64,000 nt of DNA from a virus. Both the position numbers and the translations under genes were made by a program. The notes beneath the pieces are model-generated. The model was not told where the DNA came from, searched no databases, and saw only the letters and a program-made list of their open reading frames with translations. Positions 8,096 through 16,288 of this stretch are shown here, piece by piece. Position 1 is the first letter of the stretch. Each line of letters begins with the position of its first letter. The DNA lies in the IMG/VR virus record IMGVR_UViG_3300020419_000005. The stretch is one strand, 5' to 3'.

Positions 8096-8703
8096 TAGTT
8101 TACTTTTAGGTTTACCATATTCTGTCCATAAGGACCAAAGTTAATACCACCATCAGGTAGAGCATTCCAAGCAATAACAGCACGTGGTTCTGGACCGTGA
8201 TGTGGTACAGACCAATGAATCATCCAACTTGGCCAGATCAATAGTTGACCTACAGTTGGTTCTATTGCTACAGCATTCTCATATGTTCCACTGATGATTT
8301 CTAACTGATTCATCGTACGTGGTGTCAGAGGGTCCTGGAAGACCGTAGGAGACCCTTCTGTGAGGTAATAGATACCAGACAGGTATGCAAACGGATGCCT
8401 ATGTGCTTGATGACAACCACCACTATCAGGTCCACTTACATTTCCCCAAGACATACAGACCTTGAAGTCACCCTCAAATTGTAATTGTTCCTCAGTCTTT
8501 ATCTCATTCAAACATTGTTCAAACCATTTATGTACATCTGAAAATTCTTCTCTCTCAAATAAATCACCTTTAGTAGTCTCTACAGTATTTGGAATATTAA
8601 ATAACCCACGTTCACATTCCATAAGGGTCTGTAAAGTAGGTTGTACTAGATCTTCATTATCAAATGAATAAAATTTAACTGGGAAGAAGTTGTGTGTTTC
8701 CAT
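8095..8703 (-). CDS. putative 2OG-Fe(II) oxygenase (TIGR02466-like)
   Basis: SWGN, HRHP..LSGIYY, WPSWMIH, RAVIAWN. Confidence 0.85.
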   Translation of the reverse strand: METHNFFPVKFYSFDNEDLVQPTLQTLMECERGLFNIPNTVETTKGDLFEREEFSDVHKWFEQCLNEIKTEEQLQFEGDFKVCMSWGNVSGPDSGGCHQAHRHPFAYLSGIYYLTEGSPTVFQDPLTPRTMNQLEIISGTYENAVAIEPTVGQLLIWPSWMIHWSVPHHGPEPRAVIAWNALPDGGINFGPYGQNMVNLKVN

Positions 8704-9262
8704 AATAATTAATGTTCAAGATTGTTCTTGAAGAATGTTTCCTAGGTGCATTACCAGAGTGATACTTGTGTCCATTGAAGATAACATATTTACCTTTCTC
8801 AGGATCAATGTATTGTTTGACTCTTACCTTGTCAGGATTCTCACCATACTTCTCTTTATATATTACTGTTGGACCATCGCTATTATCAGCATAGTAAATC
8901 ATAACCCAATGTCTAAAAGGTGCATCAACGTGTGGTTGTGTAGGTGGGACTTTATTCTTCATAGTCTTTGCTGCACGTACACGAATCAACTCACCAAAAT
9001 CTCCATCAACATTCTTTACCATATACTTCCATAGTTTATCGAAGACTATATCATATGCGTTTGACTTTATCTGATTGTCAGTGACAATAGTATGTGCAAA
9101 ATATGGATGCTCTTCGTATCCATCTAGTTGTAATACTTCAGCAGTGCCATTATAGAATGAAGTCTTTTCTTGGTAGAACCACGGAAAGGTATTATCTCTA
9201 CACAAGACCTCATAGATAAAGTCTGCTATATGGTTAGGAACATATCCTACTTGTATTGACAT
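8675..9262 (-). CDS. putative 2OG-Fe(II) oxygenase (HxD type)
   Basis: FPWFY, PHVD, IYYADNSDGPT, YHSG, RTILNIN. Confidence 0.8.
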   Translation of the reverse strand: MSIQVGYVPNHIADFIYEVLCRDNTFPWFYQEKTSFYNGTAEVLQLDGYEEHPYFAHTIVTDNQIKSNAYDIVFDKLWKYMVKNVDGDFGELIRVRAAKTMKNKVPPTQPHVDAPFRHWVMIYYADNSDGPTVIYKEKYGENPDKVRVKQYIDPEKGKYVIFNGHKYHSGNAPRKHSSRTILNINYYGNTQLLPS

Positions 9263-10188
9263 TGCATCATCATTTCTGTGAGAAATGCTACTAGATTTAT
9301 TTCTTGATCTGCAACGAATGCAGTTTTATATTGATACTCAGCAATAATCAAAACTGCTTGAGGTATGCTTGCAGGTTGTAGATGATCATATAAAGAATCG
9401 TAGATAGTTCTCATAATAGAATTAGGATCATTATCTAAATTAGATACAACCCACTTACGCATTTTTGTAAACTCTTTTGATTTCAAATATGATACTAGAT
9501 CATTTAGATTAGTTGATTGTTGAACTGCAAGAACACCTGTATCAATTTTTCCAATAGAAGAATATCTTTGTAGTTCATTTAAAGTTCTTCTAAAGTCAGG
9601 AAAATATTTCTGTACTAATGCAGCAAGAACTTTAGGTTCATAATCAACGTGCTCTTTATCTAGTATAGATTTGATGCTAGTAAAAAATTCTGCTGCGATA
9701 GTTTGCTTCTCTTTACCTGTGATAGAAAAATCAATAACACTACATCTTGAATGTAATGGTTCAAGTATTTTATTCTTATAGTTACAAGTAAAAATAAATC
9801 TACAGTTACTACTAAACTCTTCTATAGATGCTCTTAATAGAAGTTGAACATCGTGAGTAGTATTATCTGCTTCATCTATAATAATTACTTTATGTTTTGC
9901 AGAAGATGCTAGAGACATAGTAGATGCAAAATTCTTTGCATTGTTTCTAACAGTGTCTAAGAATCTACCTTCATCAGATCCATTGATTACATAATAGTCT
10001 GCACCAATCTGTTCACACATTGCTTTGGCAACAGTAGTCTTTCCTATCCCAGGAGGACCTGATAATAATAGATTAGGAAGTTCTCCTTTCTCTACAAATT
10101 TATTTAAAACATCTTTTATATTTTCTGGAAGAATACAATCATCAATGGTTTTGGGTCTATATTTTTCTACCCATAAAAAGTTACTCAT
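9247..10188 (-). CDS. 44: clamp loader large subunit gp44
   Basis: WVEKYRP, GPPGIGKTT, IIDEAD, SRC. Confidence 0.97.
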   Translation of the reverse strand: MSNFLWVEKYRPKTIDDCILPENIKDVLNKFVEKGELPNLLLSGPPGIGKTTVAKAMCEQIGADYYVINGSDEGRFLDTVRNNAKNFASTMSLASSAKHKVIIIDEADNTTHDVQLLLRASIEEFSSNCRFIFTCNYKNKILEPLHSRCSVIDFSITGKEKQTIAAEFFTSIKSILDKEHVDYEPKVLAALVQKYFPDFRRTLNELQRYSSIGKIDTGVLAVQQSTNLNDLVSYLKSKEFTKMRKWVVSNLDNDPNSIMRTIYDSLYDHLQPASIPQAVLIIAEYQYKTAFVADQEINLVAFLTEMMMQCQYK

Positions 10189-10691
10189 TATGTAATCCAA
10201 GAAGGTTTGCGTTGAGGGTCACGTAGATAATTATCGCACACCCAAGGTTTAGATGCAATATATCTTTTGTACGCAGTGAAAGTATCAATATTAGTATCGT
10301 ACTTAAACTCATCATACATTGCTCTAACAAAATGCGTGGGTTTAGTGTACGCTTTTGGAAATATATTATCAGCATACTCGATAGTATGTTGACAACTATG
10401 AGTCTTGTTATATCTGTGTGTATATTCTGCACACAATGCAAGACCGTGTTCTATTAACCAACGGAAATTAATCTGTGACCAAACAGTACAAGGGTGATTA
10501 CGAAATGCACCCTTTTCTGTTTTATAAGGTTCACCATTTAGTTTAGGTAATGAACCGAAACCGTGTCCCCATTTTTCTGATGCAACAATAGAAAGCATTT
10601 GACAAGTTTCTAGTGGCATTTTGACAATATGTTTGTCAGGTAGAACCTGTGCAGAAACAACAGGATCAGGATCGGTAACGAATATGTTCAT
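10188..10691 (-). CDS. pyrimidine-dimer DNA glycosylase (DenV/endonuclease V)-like protein
   Basis: MNIF...DKHIVKMPLETCQML...NHPCTVW...EYTHRY family signature. Confidence 0.75.
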   Translation of the reverse strand: MNIFVTDPDPVVSAQVLPDKHIVKMPLETCQMLSIVASEKWGHGFGSLPKLNGEPYKTEKGAFRNHPCTVWSQINFRWLIEHGLALCAEYTHRYNKTHSCQHTIEYADNIFPKAYTKPTHFVRAMYDEFKYDTNIDTFTAYKRYIASKPWVCDNYLRDPQRKPSWIT

Positions 10692-10695
10692 ACCT

Positions 10696-10974
10696 TTAGT
10701 CTAGTGCATCTATCTTAGAATGTCTAGTAGGTTTATGATCTTTCATACCACCGTGGTTTCCGTCTCCTGGTAAAGCACCAGTAGCAATGTAAGTAACTGC
10801 ATCAACAGATCCCTGTAGTCTAGTTAAATCTTGTTCTAGTTTAACATACTCATCGTACCACCCTTGCAACTCATCCTTTCTAGCATTGAGTTGTTTGATA
10901 CGTTTCTCAAATCTTGCCAACAGTTGTTCTGGATTTTCTGTTGGTTTTGGAGTGTCGTGTTTCTTAAGTTTCAT
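10696..10974 (-). CDS. coiled-coil hypothetical protein
   Basis: Heptad-rich ORF with ATGA overlap to gp45. Confidence 0.7.
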   Translation of the reverse strand: MKLKKHDTPKPTENPEQLLARFEKRIKQLNARKDELQGWYDEYVKLEQDLTRLQGSVDAVTYIATGALPGDGNHGGMKDHKPTRHSKIDALD

Positions 10975-11642
10975 TGTGGTTCAAGAGCGATAAAGTATTG
11001 CAGGTCACGATTAACTGCATCAAATAGAGCACATCTATTATCATATATTGTAACAGCATACTCTTCTGGTTGCAACCTAAGATTCTCTACCTTAAAACAA
11101 TAACATAGATCTTCTTCTGATGTTGTACCTACAGGTACTTCGTAACTGTTAGATGTTTCATTCTTCTTATCACATACAGTTAATACTAACTGACCGTTTC
11201 TAGAATATAAACATAAGTCTTGAACTGCATAAACCGATGCTGCACGTAATAGATCATCTAAGACTTTTGGTTTTAGATTAAACTTAACTGTCTTAGTGTC
11301 AGGTAATTTAACACCGTCTTTAGGAGGTTGTACTACGAGTTCGGGGTCGCTGTAGAAGAAGTTCGACTCTGCACCTGACTCGTCTTTGATGATAACCTTA
11401 CTGTCTGAACTGAAATCGAAGACAGGGTTTTCAAACAATGAGAGACCAGAGAGAAATACACCGAGGTCATAAATGGGGACTTGTGTAGGAAAAACTTCTT
11501 CGATCTCAGCAGAAGCATATATGTTTTTGTTAACACTAATCGTACGGATTTTAGAACCAGGATTGATAACAATAGATTTGTTGATCGTTGCAAAATTTTT
11601 AAGCGTGTTGAATGTTGATTTAGTTAATTTAACTTGGGTCAT
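10971..11642 (-). CDS. 45: sliding clamp gp45
   Basis: LKNFATINKSI, IYDLGVFL, FKVENL, YFIALE; start MTQVKL. Confidence 0.95.
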   Translation of the reverse strand: MTQVKLTKSTFNTLKNFATINKSIVINPGSKIRTISVNKNIYASAEIEEVFPTQVPIYDLGVFLSGLSLFENPVFDFSSDSKVIIKDESGAESNFFYSDPELVVQPPKDGVKLPDTKTVKFNLKPKVLDDLLRAASVYAVQDLCLYSRNGQLVLTVCDKKNETSNSYEVPVGTTSEEDLCYCFKVENLRLQPEEYAVTIYDNRCALFDAVNRDLQYFIALEPQ

Positions 11643-11901
11643 TGTTTTCGGACTTATCAGAGAAGTGTAATAAGAGTATAGCATAGTGAACGATTTTAAC
11701 AATGTCCTTTCTTGCTGTTCCCTTGCGATCGTAACGAGAAGCATACTTTAGAATGTTACTTCTACAGAATGCTTCAGCGTCACCAACCGAATCTATAATG
11801 TCAAGAGTTTGTACTTGTCCATTTGAATAATGACCTTCGTAGGTCTTTTCAATGTACTTGTAAATTTCTTTAAGGATTTTATCCTCTTCATACTTGAACA
11901 T
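11629..11901 (-). CDS. DUF3310-like protein
   Basis: TYEGHY...AFCRSNILKYASRYDRKG...DIVKIVHYA. Confidence 0.75.
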   Translation of the reverse strand: MFKYEEDKILKEIYKYIEKTYEGHYSNGQVQTLDIIDSVGDAEAFCRSNILKYASRYDRKGTARKDIVKIVHYAILLLHFSDKSENNDPS

Positions 11902-11904
11902 TAT

Positions 11905-11926
11905 AAAAGGGGGTTTATACCCCCTT
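11905..11926 (-). terminator. GC hairpin with short U-tract after the AAA gene
   Basis: AAGGGGGT-ATAA-ACCCCCTT followed by TT on -. Confidence 0.5.
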
Positions 11927-11955
11927 AGTATATCAGTCTTCCTTTTGGAAGTCAA
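11927..11955 (-). promoter_or_regulatory. sigma70-type promoter for the gp45 operon
   Basis: TTGACT, 17 nt, TATACT. Confidence 0.7.
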
Positions 11956-13036
11956 CATCTATCTTATCATAGAGTTCTAAGAATGCTTGCTTAGTCTCAT
12001 CATCGAATCTGTTGATGCTGTACTTGATTGCATCTTCTTTCTTTTTGAAGATTGAGAATGCACGCATAATGTGTACAAGTCTACGAGTAGAGATGACTTC
12101 ATCAATACCACCATCGTTGAATGTCTTACGAATAACCTGTGCCCAATCACATAGACGAGATACAAAGTCTTTGTCGTTGATGTTTAGATCATCAGCAATC
12201 TTAGTAAGAATCTTGTTCTCGACAGTAACTGTTGGATACTCTTGCTCTAATGTGATAGCAAATCTCTCAAGGAATGCTTCGTTAAGAACATTGGTACCGA
12301 TGAATCTACCATCGTCAGAACCTTTACCCTTTGTATTTGCTGTAGCAAATATGTTGAATCCATTAGCAGGTTTTACATACCTACCTAGTTTCTTAAGGAA
12401 TACACCTTTACCTTCTAGTACAGATTGTAAGCAAAGTATCTTGTTTGATGCAAGGTCAATCTCATCAAGGAGAAGGATAGCACCTCTCTCAAGTGCTTCG
12501 ATAACTGGACCATTGTGCCATACAGTATCTCCATTAACTAAACGGAAACCACCGATAAGATCATCTTCGTCTGTCTCAACTGTGATGTTAACTCTTACAA
12601 AATCTTTTTTGAGTTGAGCACACGCTTGTTCTACACCGAATGTCTTACCGTTACCAGATAGACCAGAGATGAATGTAGGATAGAAAACTTTTGAACTGAT
12701 AATCTTTTTGATAGCATTGAAGTTACCAAAAGGAACATAGTTAGGGTCAACATCTGGAACAAGTATTTGCTCTGAACGAGGAACAGATTGTACTTGCTGA
12801 ACAGCAGGTGTAGCAGCAGGTGCTTTGAATGTTTGCTCTAGTTCTTTAACAGATAAGTTCCACTTACCAATGGCAACCTTATAAGTCTTAAGACGTTTCT
12901 TGATTGTTGCTAGTGAACAATGAAACTTATCAGCAGCAGATAAAAGTTCTTTGACAGATACTTCATTGCCAAAGTTGTTTGTTAGGTATGTGACTATATC
13001 AGGTGTGGTCACAGGAATTGCAGTTGTGAAAGGCAT
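11933..13036 (-). CDS. cobS: MoxR/CbbQ-type AAA+ ATPase (phage 'CobS')
   Basis: GLSGNGKT Walker A, LLLDEID Walker B, ATANTKGKG, NEAFLERF, STRRLV. Confidence 0.9.
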   Translation of the reverse strand: MPFTTAIPVTTPDIVTYLTNNFGNEVSVKELLSAADKFHCSLATIKKRLKTYKVAIGKWNLSVKELEQTFKAPAATPAVQQVQSVPRSEQILVPDVDPNYVPFGNFNAIKKIISSKVFYPTFISGLSGNGKTFGVEQACAQLKKDFVRVNITVETDEDDLIGGFRLVNGDTVWHNGPVIEALERGAILLLDEIDLASNKILCLQSVLEGKGVFLKKLGRYVKPANGFNIFATANTKGKGSDDGRFIGTNVLNEAFLERFAITLEQEYPTVTVENKILTKIADDLNINDKDFVSRLCDWAQVIRKTFNDGGIDEVISTRRLVHIMRAFSIFKKKEDAIKYSINRFDDETKQAFLELYDKIDVDFQKED

Positions 13037-13044
13037 TTGTTTGT

Positions 13045-13118
13045 CTTGTGTCTATGTATATAATATACCAATAAAAAACCCCCTTGAAAGGGGGTTGTGT
13101 GACACTAATATAATTGGT
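13045..13118 (-). promoter_or_regulatory. terminator hairpin plus early-type promoter
   Basis: AACCCCCT-TTCA-AGGGGGTT-TTTT hairpin (13096-13073), then TATATTATATACATAGACAC leader shared with 15324-15345. Confidence 0.6.
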
Positions 13119-15316
13119 TATGCAACTGTCTCTATGAATGAGTTGTGCATCTTCTTATTAGACTTCTTGTTCTTGAACATCTTTTTAAATGTCCTAGTAA
13201 TCTCTGCACGTGTGGAATCTTCCTTAATGTCATCCCATAGTTCTTCTGTATCATTCTGATTGTTAGATGGCATAACGAATAACTTATTGTATCCAGTGTT
13301 TGTGAGGGCAACATACTTATCCTTTCTGTATGCCTTCTGTGCTTTCTCCATTGGTACTGTATCATACTCAAATGCTCTGGAGAAGAAGTAATGTCCATCA
13401 CGTGAACCAAGTAAACGGAATCCAATAACATTAAGCATAGGATATGTCTCACGTAGGTTCTGGAGGAGAACCTGTGTAACTTGATCAGACCCATCAAACT
13501 TCTCATAGGTACGTCCTAGTTTACGATCTCTAAGGAAACAGTTGTAACCTAGAGAATTAGCATATGGACGATTGTTGTATTGATGTAACTCACTGTAGTA
13601 AGAAGAGCATTGTCCTTCACCATCAGTAAGAACACATAATGTAAGTTTGTCTACTCTTTTGCTGAATGCTTTTATAATTGGTCTCATCAATACAAGTGCT
13701 TCATTCAAAGGTGTACCTGATAGATTAAATCCTGGTGCTGCTGTAAAACTTACAGCGAAACCATTTTTGAAACTATAGTAACTTCTGAAGTTGTTAGCAG
13801 TAGCATTGATGTAAAGGTACATAAGTGATGCTTCAAATTGCTTTTTCTTCTGAGTAGAAGATACTACATTGAGTAATGTGAAACCATTCTCAAGAGCAAA
13901 CTCACCTATAACAGGTTCGTGTAAAGTCTTTTCTCTATGTGGATAGTCATCATCTGGTTGAATACCATTGACATCCATTCTATAAGAAGAAGCAAATCCA
14001 TCATTAGTAAATGCGTAGACATCAAATGGGATGTTGACTTTCTTACAGAACCAAGATAGTTGGATAACTTGCTCTGTAGTTTCTCTTATGTTAGAAGACA
14101 TAGAACCTGACCAATCTAATAGGAAGATCATACCGTGGTTCTTACCTTCTGGAAGTACAGTTACTTTCTTAAAGATGTCATCAGTAAACTTGTATGTGTG
14201 TAGTTTAGATGTATCAAGAACACCTGTACGAGAAGTTCTAGCACGAGCATATGATGTTGCTGCTTTCTTACACTCAAACTCTTTTACAAGATAGTTTACT
14301 TCTTTCTGTGATTTCTTGTAGAAGTTATTGTACTCTTCAACAGTTCTGTCATAAGATTCTTTTCTACCCTCTTCTTTTAAATCACCTTCTACAGAGAAAT
14401 GATTTTGATTTACTTTAAGAAGATAATCTGCACCAACTATAAAGTGATCAGGATTTAGGTTCTTAGGTAATTCAACATATACATTCTCACGACCGTAACG
14501 TGGTTCCTCTGTTAGATCTTTTGTTCCCTGAGTAAATGCGTCATCAGTTTGTGATTGGAATGGGTCATAGTCTACACCACCTGATCTGGTTCCTGATGGA
14601 ACTTGACCTTCTTGCTGTACCTGCTCTCCTTTGTCCCAAGGTTGATTTGGATTGATGATCTCTTGATCTGGAGTTTCTTCAAAGTCCATACTCTCTCCGT
14701 CTTCAACTTGACCTTGACCACCTTCTTGGTTCTCATCATTTGACTCACCTATTTTTTCTTGTTCTTTCTGCTCTTCAATCTCTTGCATTACTTTGTAGAT
14801 TTCTACTGCTGCTTCTATTGCATCTTCAAATGTTTCTGCATTACCTGTAAGGTCTACAAGATACTCGTGCTCTGGTGCAAAATCGATAGGAGTAAATGCA
14901 CCTGACTTGAAGTGAAGATTGATTTTGTCAACTAGATTGATCTCATCTTGATCATCAGGAATCATAAAGAAATCCATAGCATCTAGTTCTCTGTATCCTC
15001 TATAAAATGTTTTTGGAAGACCACCATACTTTCTCTTCATCAACTTCTCAATGCGTGCATCTTCTGTTACGTTGATGATTGACTTAGGGCAAGGTAATTC
15101 ATCCCATAGTCTGTTAGGTGTAAACAGTGCGTGTCCTACTTCGTGTGCTACTAAAAGATCATATACTTCTTCGGTTGCTTTTTCCCAGTTAGGTAATGTA
15201 AGAACTCTGCGAGCAACATCAAAGGATGCAGTTTCACAGGTCTTGTGCTCAACAACAAGGTCTTCTGTAGCAAGTAGTTTTGCAAGTGTTCCTTTTACTC
15301 CAGTGTTTACAGTCAT
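13118..15316 (-). CDS. zincin-like metallopeptidase plus VWA (MIDAS) domain protein ('CobT-like')
   Basis: HEVGH and NVTEDARIE, acidic linker, LLDWSGSM, GTPL, LTDGE. Confidence 0.88.
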   Translation of the reverse strand: MTVNTGVKGTLAKLLATEDLVVEHKTCETASFDVARRVLTLPNWEKATEEVYDLLVAHEVGHALFTPNRLWDELPCPKSIINVTEDARIEKLMKRKYGGLPKTFYRGYRELDAMDFFMIPDDQDEINLVDKINLHFKSGAFTPIDFAPEHEYLVDLTGNAETFEDAIEAAVEIYKVMQEIEEQKEQEKIGESNDENQEGGQGQVEDGESMDFEETPDQEIINPNQPWDKGEQVQQEGQVPSGTRSGGVDYDPFQSQTDDAFTQGTKDLTEEPRYGRENVYVELPKNLNPDHFIVGADYLLKVNQNHFSVEGDLKEEGRKESYDRTVEEYNNFYKKSQKEVNYLVKEFECKKAATSYARARTSRTGVLDTSKLHTYKFTDDIFKKVTVLPEGKNHGMIFLLDWSGSMSSNIRETTEQVIQLSWFCKKVNIPFDVYAFTNDGFASSYRMDVNGIQPDDDYPHREKTLHEPVIGEFALENGFTLLNVVSSTQKKKQFEASLMYLYINATANNFRSYYSFKNGFAVSFTAAPGFNLSGTPLNEALVLMRPIIKAFSKRVDKLTLCVLTDGEGQCSSYYSELHQYNNRPYANSLGYNCFLRDRKLGRTYEKFDGSDQVTQVLLQNLRETYPMLNVIGFRLLGSRDGHYFFSRAFEYDTVPMEKAQKAYRKDKYVALTNTGYNKLFVMPSNNQNDTEELWDDIKEDSTRAEITRTFKKMFKNKKSNKKMHNSFIETVA

Positions 15317-15486
15317 TTTTTTTCGTGTCGTATGTACATACTATAAACGCTCCCAGACTGTTTGGAAGCGTTTAGTAGACGGTTTATCAACTGTCTACGT
15401 CTCTTTCTTGCTTGACGAAGTTTCTGAGGTTTTAATGTCCTCTTTTGTTTCTTCTTCGAGTGATGCTGCCAGTTCGGGAGTTGCAT
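15313..15486 (-). CDS. small highly basic protein (57 aa)
   Basis: Manual translation MQLPNWQHHSKKKQKRTLKPQKLRQARKRRRQLINRLL...; AGGA upstream; stop overlaps the next ATG. Confidence 0.65.
   Translation of the reverse strand: MQLPNWQHHSKKKQKRTLKPQKLRQARKRRRQLINRLLNASKQSGSVYSMYIRHEKK
15324..15398 (-). promoter_or_regulatory. early-type promoter with two inverted repeats
   Basis: GTAGAC..GTCTAC IR (15375-15398), hairpin 15344-15374, -10-like TATAGT (15345-15340). Confidence 0.55.
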
Positions 15487-15553
15487 TGTCCTTTTCCAGT
15501 TTGTTTATCAGTTTGTCCAACCACTCGCTGTTATTTGTAAACCTTTCAATCAT
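15395..15553 (-). CDS. possible small acidic protein (52 aa)
   Basis: MIERFTNNSEWLDKLINKLEKDNATPELAASLEEETKEDIKTSETSSSKKET. Start overlaps the upstream stop; overlaps the basic ORF. Confidence 0.4.
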   Translation of the reverse strand: MIERFTNNSEWLDKLINKLEKDNATPELAASLEEETKEDIKTSETSSSKKET

Positions 15554-16124
15554 AGACTAACATAGATGGAAATCTTTCTAATCTATCTAGGTGACTTAAG
15601 GATAACATAAACGAAATACTCCATCTTTCTTCATCTGAATAATTATATGTTACCTCGTGGTCCAAGAACCCTGGCCAGATCAGGATGTCTTTCTCTGTAG
15701 GTATGTGAAGATGGGTGGAACAATGATATGGTTGATGTATCATCATTGCTTCTACTGTAGGTGATGGATTATAAAATTGTATGTTACCTGAGTCTGCATC
15801 TGGAACTGTCACATAGTATGTACCTGCCATATCACAACAAGCGTGGTTGTGTCTGGTTTGATATGATCCTGGTGGATTTATATTAACCCAAGCGTGGGTA
15901 CATTCTAGTTTATCATCATACTTTGAGATTGCTTCATTAAGATATGAACCAAACTCAGGATACTCTAAGTGAATACGATTGTCTGATCTTATTGTAGAAT
16001 ATCCAGTTCCATTGAAAGCATTATCTGGCACACAAAATTCATCCCTTCTACTATGTAGATGTTTCTGGAACTGATGGTGCATTTTAAACTCATCATTTCC
16101 TCTGTAATAGGGAGTGTCAAACAT
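15546..16124 (-). CDS. putative 2OG-Fe(II) oxygenase (TIGR02466-like)
   Basis: AWVNINPPG..HNH, AGTYY, WPGFLDHEV, RWSISF. Confidence 0.85.
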   Translation of the reverse strand: MFDTPYYRGNDEFKMHHQFQKHLHSRRDEFCVPDNAFNGTGYSTIRSDNRIHLEYPEFGSYLNEAISKYDDKLECTHAWVNINPPGSYQTRHNHACCDMAGTYYVTVPDADSGNIQFYNPSPTVEAMMIHQPYHCSTHLHIPTEKDILIWPGFLDHEVTYNYSDEERWSISFMLSLSHLDRLERFPSMLVYD

Positions 16125-16288
16125 TATGGTCTAAATTCATCCTTTGGTAAATAAACCTCAACATATGATCCACATTTAGGACAAGAAAGATTACTGACTA
16201 TAGAAATTTCATCATTACAATAATCTTCTCCAGTAAAGTCTCCTCCCCAGATTAATTGTACATCTGGTCCGCAGTGCCAACAATTCAT
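16124..16288 (-). CDS. small CxxC...CxxC metal-binding protein (54 aa)
   Basis: Manual translation MNCWHCGPDVQLIWGGDF...LSCPKCGSYVEVYLPK; overlaps both neighbours' start/stop codons. Confidence 0.75.
   Translation of the reverse strand: MNCWHCGPDVQLIWGGDFTGEDYCNDEISIVSNLSCPKCGSYVEVYLPKDEFRP

Noticed and set aside
12012-12617. 201-aa + strand ORF, and similar antisense ORFs at 15051, 17156, 24438, 25287, 34860, 37381, 45418, 47029, 49957 and 59399
   Set aside because: All lie opposite well-supported - strand genes, with no recognisable motifs or RBS.
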